Source: Escherichia phage vB_EcoM_R5505. From it: a stretch of DNA of 64,000 nucleotides. Numbering within the stretch: position 1 is the stretch's first letter; every line of letters begins with the position of its first letter. This document shows positions 18,865 through 27,392 of the stretch, piece after piece. The notes beneath the pieces were generated by a model that ran no database searches, had not been told where the DNA came from, and saw only the letters and a program-made list of their open reading frames with translations. The stretch lies in sequence record MK373786.1. One strand, 5' to 3'. The position numbers were made by a program, and so were the translations under genes.

Positions 18865-18953
18865 TTATCAGTTTAATTCTAGTCATCTTTTTGATGGCAG
18901 TCCATATAATCTATTTCTGAACTGCCTTTTTATCTTAGAAGGCCTCTTATGAA

Positions 18954-19922
18954 TTATTTCAGAAGAGTAACCTCAGCGATTTCTTCCCAACCGTTTTTGT
19001 CGGTCATAATAAAGTCAGCAAGATAAAGAGCAGTACGCAGTGAAACATTGCGTAAACGATTAACATTGACTTTCATCCATGATAATGCTTTATAAGTTTC
19101 TTCATCAGAAAGACCACGCTTTTGCATCATGTCAGTTGAAAGAATAACATCTTCAACCCTGACCATAATTTCTTCATTAGTGTGAACACCCAAATCCAAA
19201 TAAACTGAGCGGGACACTAATGCTTGTAAATGTGGAGCAAGTTTAGTACCACGGTCTAATTCGCGGTCAATGTCAACGTTTGTGATAAAAACAATCGTTC
19301 CTTTAAATTCAAACTCACGCTCAATGCCTTTTTCTTCTAAGTAAGAAGATGCAGTGCTCCAGCAGACTTTACGGGTCTCTCCAGTGTCCAGAGCAGCTTT
19401 CAGAAGATTAAGAATGTCCATATCAGAGAAAACATCCACATCATCAATCAAAAGGACAGAATTCTCTTCACGATTATTCCAAAGTTGTTCATAAAGACCG
19501 ATACCGGAGATTTTACCGTTAATGCTTTTATATTCAATGTATCCATTATCATTTGCTTTATTTAAAGCTTTATCTAAAGAATACGTTTTACCAATACCCG
19601 CCGCACCAGAAATAATTAATGAACGAATATTTCCGTTAATAATACCATTCGTCATCATTCCCATAACATTAAATCTTTTATTAATGCGGGTTTTCATATC
19701 TTCATACGATTCTTTAACTTCTTCAACTTTTACACCATCATATGAAATGTCTGATTTGTAAACCCAAACACCACGACGTTTACCGTCAATTTCAACAAAA
19801 ACTTTACCATCTCCTTGTGCATCTACCGGAGCATTATCTGGGAACCATTCACCTAAGAGCTCAAAAGTTCCAGAGATTTCTTTACCGAAGTAGATACCCT
19901 TATTGATAGTTACAGTTTTCAT
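18954..19922 (-). CDS. P-loop NTPase (AAA-like ATPase), 322 aa
   Basis: Walker A GAAGIGKT and Walker B-like VLLIDDVD motifs. Confidence 0.6.
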   Translation of the reverse strand: MKTVTINKGIYFGKEISGTFELLGEWFPDNAPVDAQGDGKVFVEIDGKRRGVWVYKSDISYDGVKVEEVKESYEDMKTRINKRFNVMGMMTNGIINGNIRSLIISGAAGIGKTYSLDKALNKANDNGYIEYKSINGKISGIGLYEQLWNNREENSVLLIDDVDVFSDMDILNLLKAALDTGETRKVCWSTASSYLEEKGIEREFEFKGTIVFITNVDIDRELDRGTKLAPHLQALVSRSVYLDLGVHTNEEIMVRVEDVILSTDMMQKRGLSDEETYKALSWMKVNVNRLRNVSLRTALYLADFIMTDKNGWEEIAEVTLLK

Positions 19923-19940
19923 TTTATTCTCCTTTGATTT

Positions 19941-19968
19941 GATAGGACTACTATAACATAGTCCTATC
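19941..19968 (-). other. Perfect 10-bp inverted repeat (hairpin) immediately 5' of the ATPase gene ribosome-binding site
   Basis: GATAGGACTA / TAGTCCTATC with 8-nt loop; no T-run follows. Confidence 0.4.
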
Positions 19969-19979
19969 AGTTTGTATAC

Positions 19980-20180
19980 TTATTTTGACATTTCTTCGAT
20001 GTCACGACGATACCCATCACGAACTTCACGAAGAGCTTCAAGGCCACACACAGGCTCGATACCAGTAATGTGAACTTGATTAATCTGATACTCTACATCT
20101 TCTAACTGAGCGAAAACATAACGACGTTCAGCTGCGCACCCAGATTTAGCTTTACCGAAACGTTTATTCAAAGTAGTCAT
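19980..20180 (-). CDS. Small hypothetical protein, 66 aa
   Basis: Track ORF downstream of early promoter 20217-20246. Confidence 0.4.
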   Translation of the reverse strand: MTTLNKRFGKAKSGCAAERRYVFAQLEDVEYQINQVHITGIEPVCGLEALREVRDGYRRDIEEMSK

Positions 20181-20216
20181 TTTGTATCTCCAATTTACTC
20201 ATTTGTTTTGATAGTT

Positions 20217-20246
20217 GTATAGTACCATAAAGCTTTATGCTTGTAA
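20217..20246 (-). promoter_or_regulatory. Early-type promoter within conserved promoter cassette
   Basis: Minus strand GTTTAC...TGGTACTATACAACTATCAA. Confidence 0.55.
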
Positions 20247-20270
20247 ACAGTTTTGTGAAAAATTTTTGAA

Positions 20271-20294
20271 ATAAAAAAGGGAGCCCGAAGGCTC
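20271..20294 (-). terminator. Intrinsic terminator
   Basis: Stem-loop GGGAGCC-TTCG-GGCTCCC followed by TTTTTT on the minus strand, directly after the nucleotidyltransferase-like gene. Confidence 0.7.
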
Positions 20295-20298
20295 CCTA

Positions 20299-21312
20299 TC
20301 ATTTATAATAACTTCGGTGGTTTTCAAGATAGACCTTCTCAAGGAAGTCATCCCAGAAACCCATGTCTACTGTTTTAGGCATACCGTTCTTAGAAGCTTC
20401 AGTAGATGCTGCTTCTACTTGATCGACCACATCTTCCAAAAACTCTTGAACTGTTTTAAATGGATGTTTACCCAACTTCACGTCGAGAATAAATGGAGCA
20501 TCTTGAAGTGGATAGACTAAGTCACCAGTTTTGTAAATTTCCAATAGTTGAAGTCCACCACGACAAGCATGACTTAGTGCTTTCCAATCAATGCCTTCAT
20601 TGGCTTCGGCCTTACGAGCACGTTCACCGTATTCAGCATCTAATTTGTTCAGTGACTGCTTAAGCTCAATAAGAGAAAGCGTTGTCTGATATTTACGACC
20701 CAACACAGTGTAGAACGTTTGTGGGCCTGTTTTCTCATGATTATGGAACACCCATTCACAGAATTCGTTTTCTGGAAGACGATGCTTAATATCTTCAACT
20801 TTAGTACGACGCTGCTTAATGGAACCGTCTTCTTGGTAATCAACCCATTGCTCAGGGATTTGATTAACTACTTTCAATACATCACGTAATGCAGCCAAAC
20901 GAGAACCCTTGACGCCGTATTTAGAAGCTTGCTTGCGGACATATCCTAAATATGATTTCATGTTAGTCGTATAAAAACGAGAACGGTTGTCTTGAATAAA
21001 CTTCCACACATCAGGCAAATCGGATTTAACCACTAGTTCAGGTGGAGTGTGAAGCATATCCAACGCTACAGTTTCACCATCTGCTGCTAATTTAAAGAAA
21101 TATTTAAGACTGTATAGTTCATGGTCAATATCATCTTTAGTGTTTTTAGATGATGTATTGTTAGTATTTTTACTCATATGCTCTTTAACATTTCCGATAA
21201 GAATATCGCGAGCAGGAGGAACAAAGATTTCTTTAAAATCTACATCAGATTCTGGGGTAGAAGTTCCATAAAGATGACTACCAAAATAGCTTTTCATTAC
21301 TGTTTTCATCAT
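20299..21312 (-). CDS. Nucleotidyltransferase-fold (Pol-beta-like) protein, 337 aa
   Basis: N-terminal motif FGSHLYGTSTPESDVDF fits the GS-x10-DxD signature of Pol-beta superfamily nucleotidyltransferases; strong hairpin terminator downstream. Confidence 0.6.
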   Translation of the reverse strand: MMKTVMKSYFGSHLYGTSTPESDVDFKEIFVPPARDILIGNVKEHMSKNTNNTSSKNTKDDIDHELYSLKYFFKLAADGETVALDMLHTPPELVVKSDLPDVWKFIQDNRSRFYTTNMKSYLGYVRKQASKYGVKGSRLAALRDVLKVVNQIPEQWVDYQEDGSIKQRRTKVEDIKHRLPENEFCEWVFHNHEKTGPQTFYTVLGRKYQTTLSLIELKQSLNKLDAEYGERARKAEANEGIDWKALSHACRGGLQLLEIYKTGDLVYPLQDAPFILDVKLGKHPFKTVQEFLEDVVDQVEAASTEASKNGMPKTVDMGFWDDFLEKVYLENHRSYYK

Positions 21313-21770
21313 TCAGCCTTATATTCAATAACAGGACATACTTTAGCTTTACGAGCTTTTAAAAATTCAACGATAACCGATTTCTTGGGTTGAATAGGAG
21401 GTAAACCTTTATACGCCCTATCAATATTTTCTACGTGTAAAGCATAATCCTTTTTCCATTTATAATCTTTATATTTTTCACGCAAATGTGCAGGAATAAC
21501 AAATGAACCGATAATAAGTAAAACAACCAAAAGCGCAAGTATAAATGCTGATGGAAGCAAAGTCCATAAACTACCAAAAATAATCCAACGTTGTAGGCTT
21601 TCTGCACAAATAATTGTTAGCCCTACGAGTATAGCACATCCAAAAATAGAAACGAAAAATGTAGGAATGGCAATAGACCAAAAATATGCGCACAGTGTCT
21701 TAGGTCGTTGCCATTCATCGTTAAACATTTTGAATAATTTATAGTGCCAAGAGTTTTCATTAATAATCAT
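21309..21770 (-). CDS. Membrane protein, 153 aa
   Basis: Several hydrophobic segments (IAIPTFFVSIFGCAILVGLTII, LLALLVVLLIIGSFVI). Confidence 0.5.
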   Translation of the reverse strand: MIINENSWHYKLFKMFNDEWQRPKTLCAYFWSIAIPTFFVSIFGCAILVGLTIICAESLQRWIIFGSLWTLLPSAFILALLVVLLIIGSFVIPAHLREKYKDYKWKKDYALHVENIDRAYKGLPPIQPKKSVIVEFLKARKAKVCPVIEYKAE

Positions 21771-21772
21771 AA

Positions 21773-22294
21773 TTATCCTTTCATTGAAGGCGTAACAGTT
21801 GTTAAATACTTAATCATAGCTTCAGCTTCTGATTTTGATAGTGAAATTTCTTCACCGTTTTGGCGAATAGAAACAAAATCTGGATGACGATCACCACCAG
21901 CTTTTAAAACACACATATAAGTATCAGCTTCGCCTTCAATATTTGAAATGATTGAAGCAGTTCCACATGAATGCGGTTTTTGATAAATCAATACAGCTTT
22001 TCTTCCACCATTTGACTGTTCATAGGCTTTTAATACATCAAGCAAATCAGTTCTTTTATCAATAGCTAAGATGTTATTTTCATCTTCAATATTAAATCCT
22101 TCGGATACTTCATAAAGAGTTACCCATAAATCACCGATGTCAATAACAGCATTTACTTTTCCACGGCTTTCAAGAGTATGACAAATTTTCTTGATTTCGT
22201 CATAACTCATTTTAATAATATCATCTCCTTGACTAAGGAAGATGTCATTTTTAAATTCAACACGAATTAAACCACTTTCACTTGAAATAAACAT
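21773..22294 (-). CDS. Hypothetical protein, 173 aa (paralog pair with 22301..22855)
   Basis: C-terminus VSIRQNGEEISLSKSEAEAMIKYLTTVTPSM resembles the C-terminus of the adjacent ORF. Confidence 0.5.
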   Translation of the reverse strand: MFISSESGLIRVEFKNDIFLSQGDDIIKMSYDEIKKICHTLESRGKVNAVIDIGDLWVTLYEVSEGFNIEDENNILAIDKRTDLLDVLKAYEQSNGGRKAVLIYQKPHSCGTASIISNIEGEADTYMCVLKAGGDRHPDFVSIRQNGEEISLSKSEAEAMIKYLTTVTPSMKG

Positions 22295-22300
22295 ATTTCC

Positions 22301-22855
22301 TCACTTTGAAATCATAGTTGGAATGACAGAATCAAGATAAGTCTTTAGCGCAATAGCTTCGTCTTTGTTTAATGTAATGATATGTGATCGAAAATCGTCA
22401 ATTTGACGAATAGATACTACATCTCCCTCTTCATAGCATTTTGACACATTTAAAATAGTTTCATCATTCTGATTGCAAGCGTTAGTAATAATAGCATTGC
22501 AATTTTTAAACCATTTTAAACTGTGTTTTCTTTCATTAGAATAATAAAAATATTTAATCTTATCTATAAAACTATCCCAATGGATAACTGATAAGCATAT
22601 TGACTCGCTTTCAATATTAAATCCTGGGCATGAAGAATAAAAATGAATTTTATGCTCATCATTAATGCTTACAATTTTATCAGTATAAGGATTTTCAATT
22701 TGGGTTAAATGAATGATTTCACTAGGCGTAAAATATAGCATATCGTCTTCTTGTGTCAAACGATACATATTATTTACTTTTTCTATAGCCAATTCACCAA
22801 AAAGTGAACTAACTTCTAATACTAATCGTTTCATATTAATCCTTTTTATTGGCAC
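22301..22855 (-). CDS. Hypothetical protein, 184 aa (paralog pair with 21773..22294)
   Basis: C-terminus VSIRQIDDFRSHIITLNKDEAIALKTYLDSVIPTM resembles the C-terminus of the adjacent ORF. Confidence 0.5.
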   Translation of the reverse strand: MPIKRINMKRLVLEVSSLFGELAIEKVNNMYRLTQEDDMLYFTPSEIIHLTQIENPYTDKIVSINDEHKIHFYSSCPGFNIESESICLSVIHWDSFIDKIKYFYYSNERKHSLKWFKNCNAIITNACNQNDETILNVSKCYEEGDVVSIRQIDDFRSHIITLNKDEAIALKTYLDSVIPTMISK

Positions 22856-23114
22856 GAATTTGTTCTAAAATTTTAGAGTATTCCTTTGTATCAGATTTAC
22901 GTACAATCGATACACTATACGGCATACTATCGGTGTCTTTTATAAAGCGTTCCAAATGACACTCTAATAAAATTTCTGGATTATAAATCGTGTACATCAA
23001 ATTACCTGTTGCTCCACGATATTGACAGATTTCTACTGATTGAACACCATTCCATAATTTTGTTAAGACCAAATCACCTACTTCTAATTTAGGAAAGCCC
23101 ATGTTATTCACCAA
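22836..23114 (-). CDS. Hypothetical protein, 92 aa
   Basis: Track ORF. Confidence 0.45.
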   Translation of the reverse strand: MVNNMGFPKLEVGDLVLTKLWNGVQSVEICQYRGATGNLMYTIYNPEILLECHLERFIKDTDSMPYSVSIVRKSDTKEYSKILEQIRANKKD

Positions 23115-23289
23115 TTAAAGTTTCAATATAAGAATCAAGATTTACTTTAGCTTCTTCCATAAGAGTTTTGTATTTAATCTTGTTAGCATGTCCGGAGAAA
23201 GCTGATTCATCAATAACTGTTGATGTATGAACAGCTCTACTATACGTCTCAATTAATTCTCTTAATTTAAAAGCCTGCTCACTTGTCAT
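23104..23289 (-). CDS. Small hypothetical protein, 61 aa
   Basis: Track ORF; first gene downstream of promoter 23422-23451. Confidence 0.4.
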   Translation of the reverse strand: MTSEQAFKLRELIETYSRAVHTSTVIDESAFSGHANKIKYKTLMEEAKVNLDSYIETLIGE

Positions 23290-23421
23290 TACATACTCCT
23301 TTGAATCATATCAATAATATTGTTCACCAGATTATAGGTAAACATTGGGTAATTATATTGAATCATCACATATATAACAAACAAAACTTTCATTCTCTTC
23401 TCCTTGACAGTTGACAAGATT

Positions 23422-23451
23422 ACTATACCATAACCTTGCCAACTTGTAAAC
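23422..23451 (-). promoter_or_regulatory. Early-type promoter (GTTTAC-N18-TATAGT)
   Basis: Minus strand GTTTACAAGTTGGCAAGGTTATGGTATAGT in a 165-bp non-coding gap. Confidence 0.45.
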
Positions 23452-23453
23452 CG

Positions 23454-23627
23454 TTAAATGTTGTTTTCAATAAAATTCTGAAGCTTTGTGTGAGCATCAA
23501 CCATGATTTTCATTTCTTCCTTTGCGAAAGCTGTACCTCTTTCCCGAGCAGAATACTCATAGTCAGAAACTGCATTAGCATATTCTTCAATTAGCTTCAT
23601 TAAAAACATCTGCTTTTCAGTTTTCAT
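23454..23627 (-). CDS. Small hypothetical protein, about 57 aa (below ORF-track cutoff)
   Basis: Hand-translated MKTEKQMFLMKLIEEYANAVSDYEYSARERGTAFAKEEMKIMVDAHTKLQNFIENNI; AGGTGG Shine-Dalgarno upstream of the ATG. Confidence 0.35.
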   Translation of the reverse strand: MKTEKQMFLMKLIEEYANAVSDYEYSARERGTAFAKEEMKIMVDAHTKLQNFIENNI

Positions 23628-23811
23628 TATTCCACCTAATCATTTCAAGATATTGAACTAACTTAGCTTTAGATTTATCCAAATCCTTTTTAGCTGCTTC
23701 TATACCGTCGTATGAATATCCTTCACAATGCTCAACTGCTAATTGATATGAATCTATTTCAATATCACGTGCTAATTTAATGATTTTTTCAAACTGTTCG
23801 CGTGTTAGCAT
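23617..23811 (-). CDS. Small hypothetical protein, 64 aa
   Basis: Track ORF. Confidence 0.4.
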   Translation of the reverse strand: MLTREQFEKIIKLARDIEIDSYQLAVEHCEGYSYDGIEAAKKDLDKSKAKLVQYLEMIRWNNEN

Positions 23812-23813
23812 AA

Positions 23814-24053
23814 TTAAACTCTCGTATTATGATCGATAATTTCATCAAGAAACATATCTAACGCTTCTACGGCATTGTTAACTTTATCTTCAAATTCTTC
23901 AATACTTTTATTTGCAATGCCTGACGAAAACCAAGCAAAGTCACTAAGTTCCTCATCTGCTTTACGAATTAAAGCTACCAATTCCTTAATTTTATCAGCT
24001 TGTTCGATACTAATCATTATTCCACCACATATGAAAGAGAGAATATTGCACAC
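23814..24053 (-). CDS. Small hypothetical protein, 79 aa
   Basis: Track ORF. Confidence 0.4.
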
Positions 24054-24250
24054 GCCATGTGAGTTGCAACTTCATCACACATATTATAACGTTTCTTAAG
24101 AAGTTCTACAAGTTCTTCACTAGTAACTTCATCCATGTCGACGAAAAAATCACCATTAATGATGACGTAGATATTTCCTTCTTGATTGAGTGCTTCAATT
24201 TTCATGATGTTCTCCTCTTTATCCGATAGTTGTATAGTACCACAGCTCAA
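24017..24250 (-). CDS. Small hypothetical protein, 77 aa
   Basis: Track ORF downstream of early promoter 24234-24263. Confidence 0.4.
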
Positions 24251-24263
24251 ACGGAAAGTAAAC
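24234..24263 (-). promoter_or_regulatory. Early-type promoter within conserved promoter cassette
   Basis: Minus strand GTTTAC...TGGTACTATACAACTATCGG. Confidence 0.55.
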
Positions 24264-24273
24264 CGGTAAAATG

Positions 24274-24296
24274 AAAAAAGTCTCCCGAAGGAGACT
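24274..24296 (-). terminator. Intrinsic terminator
   Basis: Stem-loop AGTCTCC-TTCG-GGAGACT followed by TTTTT on the minus strand. Confidence 0.65.
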
Positions 24297-24300
24297 AATG

Positions 24301-24687
24301 TTATTCGAGGGAAAGAAGATACTTACTTTGGTAAAACATCCCAGTAATATCATCTATCGTGCTTTGAATGGCTGGAGGCATTTCTTTATAAATGCTGTTA
24401 GATTGGTCTAGTATGCGATCAATCATTTTAATTGTGTCGGTAGGAAGTTTACTGGCATCTGGAATTGAAGGCGTGTATTTTCTACCAGAATACCCCAAAT
24501 ATTGCTCACCAAATTTATCAATCAAATCTGGCAACTCGGAGAAAATAAAATCGTATGCTTTGTGTCTAGCATAACTTTTAGTTTCAAAATGTGCAGAATG
24601 AAAATAAGCTTGTGCAGCCATTAATAAACCTAAGTATTCATCTGCCTTTGAAGGTTTTCCACTTTGTGAAAAGTCGCTGAATTTCAT
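24301..24687 (-). CDS. Hypothetical protein, 128 aa
   Basis: Track ORF followed by hairpin terminator 24274-24296. Confidence 0.5.
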
Positions 24688-24977
24688 TCAGTCTCCAATT
24701 TAATGTTCATAATTCTAGCGTATGATTGTGCCATCTCCGCGCCTCGCTCTATACATTCAAAATCAGAAGAGCACGGGTCATTTTTATAGGTCGTTCTCAT
24801 AAAACTATAGAATTGTTCAGACGATTCTACGCTTTTATTTTCAAAAAGCATATAAACGTGCCTAATACCAGATTCCATAAATTTATCAAAATGAGGATCG
24901 ACATTCGCTTCAATCGATGGAGATAAAACAAATGACAATCCTAGCATGGCAAATAGTGCCGTTGCTTTTAAGGCCAT
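24684..24977 (-). CDS. rI: Lysis-inhibition regulator rI (signal-anchored periplasmic protein), 97 aa
   Basis: 97 aa with N-terminal hydrophobic signal-anchor (ALKATALFAMLGLSFVLSPSIEA); length and position next to tk match T4 rI. Confidence 0.75.
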   Translation of the reverse strand: MALKATALFAMLGLSFVLSPSIEANVDPHFDKFMESGIRHVYMLFENKSVESSEQFYSFMRTTYKNDPCSSDFECIERGAEMAQSYARIMNIKLETE

Positions 24978-24989
24978 AAAGGCCTCCTA

Positions 24990-25202
24990 TCATTTTTGTC
25001 CTGTATTTACTTTATGCCGATGCACGGCCTTAACTTTATCAAGGTATTTTTCAAAATTTCGCAATCTAGTATAGTCTGCCGGAGATTGGTTGAGTGATAC
25101 TTCTCGACGCAAAGCTGAAATAACATTTCCAACTTCCCTACGAATTTCATCTAATTGAAGAACAGTAAGATTGCGAAGTTGCTTTTCAGTTAATTGTAGC
25201 AT
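24990..25202 (-). CDS. Small hypothetical protein, 70 aa
   Basis: Track ORF preceded by a minus-strand TATAAATA late-promoter motif at 25228-25235. Confidence 0.4.
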   Translation of the reverse strand: MLQLTEKQLRNLTVLQLDEIRREVGNVISALRREVSLNQSPADYTRLRNFEKYLDKVKAVHRHKVNTGQK

Positions 25203-25227
25203 ATATACCCCTTTAGTTAGATAAACC

Positions 25228-25235
25228 TATTTATA
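25228..25235 (-). promoter_or_regulatory. Late promoter core TATAAATA
   Basis: Exact TATAAATA on minus strand about 25 nt upstream of ORF 24990..25202. Confidence 0.4.
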
Positions 25236-25244
25236 ACTTTTGCA

Positions 25245-25826
25245 CTAACCGAGCTTTTTAGTTAATTCATTCCAATGTTTTCTACACAAAGAAACATAAA
25301 TTTCATCACCAATACAGATTTGATTACCTTCTTTAACTGGTGTTCCATCTTCCATTAATCGAGCTGTCATAATCGCTTTTTTGCCGCAATGACAAACTGC
25401 CTTTAGTTCAATAAGTTTATCTGCAATCGCTAAAAGTTCTTTAGAACCTTCAAACAATTTTCCAGCGAAATCAGTCCTTAATCCATAAGCCATAACAGGA
25501 ACATTATATGTATCAACAATTCGACTTAATTGATGCACTTGTTCAGTTTTTAAAAACTGAGCTTCATCTACAAATACGCAATGAATATCTTTTTGTGCTT
25601 CAGCCCATTTATAGAACTCGAAAATATCCATATCATCTGTAATAATATTCGCTTCCTGTTTAATTCCAATGCGAGAAACAACTTCACAGACAGAATCGCG
25701 AGTATCAATAGCAGGCTTAAGAACTAATACACTCATTCCACGTTCTTTATAATTATGTGCAGCAGTCAAAAGAGAAGCAGATTTTCCAGCATTCATTGCT
25801 GCATAAGTAAAAATTAAACTCGCCAT
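25245..25826 (-). CDS. tk: Thymidine kinase, 193 aa
   Basis: P-loop AAMNAGKS near N-terminus and C-terminal zinc-binding cysteines; 193 aa. Confidence 0.95.
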   Translation of the reverse strand: MASLIFTYAAMNAGKSASLLTAAHNYKERGMSVLVLKPAIDTRDSVCEVVSRIGIKQEANIITDDMDIFEFYKWAEAQKDIHCVFVDEAQFLKTEQVHQLSRIVDTYNVPVMAYGLRTDFAGKLFEGSKELLAIADKLIELKAVCHCGKKAIMTARLMEDGTPVKEGNQICIGDEIYVSLCRKHWNELTKKLG

Positions 25827-25835
25827 ATCACCTTC

Positions 25836-26021
25836 TTAAAGCGTATTCACATAAGCTATTAATTCATTTTCTTTCTTATCAAACCGATCAGCAAATTCTT
25901 CCTGCTGTTCGGGAGATAGCGGGCCGTATTCATCATAAAAGGTGTTTGCTTCTATATGCTCATCTAGAAGTTCATGGATAAGCTCAAACAATTTATCTTT
26001 TTGTTCTTTACTCAGACTCAT
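25836..26021 (-). CDS. Small acidic protein, 61 aa
   Basis: Track ORF. Confidence 0.4.
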   Translation of the reverse strand: MSLSKEQKDKLFELIHELLDEHIEANTFYDEYGPLSPEQQEEFADRFDKKENELIAYVNTL

Positions 26022-26191
26022 ATATTAATTTCCAGGAGTTTTAAAATAATTCGCTTTTGCTTAAATATTTCCATAGTTAAATGACCAGTATCTTTTTGAC
26101 CGATTCCAATGGCAAAACCTTTATTAACAGCGAGTTCAATTAAATTATCAAGCTCACGTAACACTTCGTATTGTAACTCAAAACTATTCAT
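26019..26191 (-). CDS. Small hypothetical protein, about 57 aa (below ORF-track cutoff)
   Basis: Hand-translated MNSFELQYEVLRELDNLIELAVNKGFAIGIGQKD...; ATGA overlaps with both neighbours. Confidence 0.35.
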
Positions 26192-26415
26192 TTTGGTTTA
26201 CCTTCTTTAACGAAATCAGGATAAGGATAAAATCCTGAATAAAATCCTTCACCTTTATGATTGATGCATCCTTTATTAGAACAATAGCACCAATAATCGA
26301 AATCACAAGCCATTTCATCATTACATAAAGCAAAAACAACAGGCCATTTACACTTTTCACAATGGGCATTTTTAAGAATACTAGTTTGGCTCATAACCAT
26401 GTAACCTTTAAGCAA
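26188..26415 (-). CDS. Cysteine-rich small protein, 75 aa
   Basis: Multiple Cys pairs (CEKCKW, CNDEMACDFDYWCYCSNKGC) suggest metal binding. Confidence 0.4.
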   Translation of the reverse strand: MLKGYMVMSQTSILKNAHCEKCKWPVVFALCNDEMACDFDYWCYCSNKGCINHKGEGFYSGFYPYPDFVKEGKPK

Positions 26416-26603
26416 TATTCTTCTACATGTTGTTTACGACCTTTCTTATCAATAAAGGTATATTCAACGAATGTTCCAATGTAGTCTTTATCTACATCAT
26501 GTGGACTATTAATTGGACATTTAGTACGGCAAATGCGTTCCCATTGACGAATAATTTCCACTTTGTTTTTAGGATCAAACGGATGTGGGTAATGTACTTT
26601 CAT
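26391..26603 (-). CDS. Small hypothetical protein, 70 aa
   Basis: Track ORF. Confidence 0.4.
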   Translation of the reverse strand: MKVHYPHPFDPKNKVEIIRQWERICRTKCPINSPHDVDKDYIGTFVEYTFIDKKGRKQHVEEYCLKVTWL

Positions 26604-27054
26604 AATCCACCACTATTAAATCAATATCAGGAGTAAACATGTCGATTAATTTAGAAACCTTATCCCAATCGCCGCCAGCAATACCACAACCTATGCGTGG
26701 AATGTAAATTACTGGTTTAAACAAAAGGGTTTCTGCCTGTAGATTTAATTCTATCATGCAGTTTACTAAAGCACCATAATCAAGATTAGGACCTGGTTCG
26801 TATTGCGTATACAGGTTATAGCATATACCAAAACCATTAGGTTTATGTTTAAAAACAATAGACATATCGCCTAATTTATCACGAGAACCGTACTCAGTAG
26901 TGGTTTTATCTATTTCTAAAATTTTGGGATAGGCTCTTGCTAATTGACCCGCTACACCTGAACCCATAGTATGAAAACAATTGCACCCGTGCGCAATAAT
27001 ATTACCTTGAAGAAATAGGGCGACAATATCGCCCTTGATATATTTTACAATCAT
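26575..27054 (-). CDS. Macro-domain (ADP-ribose binding/processing) protein, 159 aa
   Basis: N-terminus IKGDIVALFLQGNIIAHGCNCFHTMGSGVAGQLARAYP fits the macro-domain fold signature. Confidence 0.65.
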   Translation of the reverse strand: MIVKYIKGDIVALFLQGNIIAHGCNCFHTMGSGVAGQLARAYPKILEIDKTTTEYGSRDKLGDMSIVFKHKPNGFGICYNLYTQYEPGPNLDYGALVNCMIELNLQAETLLFKPVIYIPRIGCGIAGGDWDKVSKLIDMFTPDIDLIVVDYESTLPTSV

Positions 27055-27392
27055 CTAGTACTCAATCCTCGATTATAAGAATCTACCAAACGGTCAACCA
27101 TTGAATGACAAGCGGCTTTATCTTTCTCCTCCGCAACTGAACATTCTAAGGTATTCCACTTTTTAGCATATCGTTTTAATAATGTATCATTTTTGTATCT
27201 GCTTGATTTATCTCTTTCTCCGTCTTTATATGCATATATTAATTTCTGCGCAAATTCAGCTTGGCATGCTTTATTTTTCCCACAATAATCCGCTGCAGTA
27301 CGGTTTACATACTCTCTAATTTCAGTATATGATGTATCTGCTAACGCAGAAAATGAAATTAATCCTATACATAAAACCAAAATTTTAGTCAT
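27051..27392 (-). CDS. Secreted small protein with signal peptide, 113 aa
   Basis: N-terminal signal-like MTKILVLCIGLISFSALADT; four cysteines. Confidence 0.5.
   Translation of the reverse strand: MTKILVLCIGLISFSALADTSYTEIREYVNRTAADYCGKNKACQAEFAQKLIYAYKDGERDKSSRYKNDTLLKRYAKKWNTLECSVAEEKDKAACHSMVDRLVDSYNRGLSTR

Noticed and set aside
23401-23416. Tandem TTGACA hexamers on the plus strand as a sigma-70 promoter
   Set aside because: No acceptable -10 element at the right spacing on the plus strand and no downstream plus-strand gene; the minus-strand GTTTAC/TATAGT promoter explains the region.
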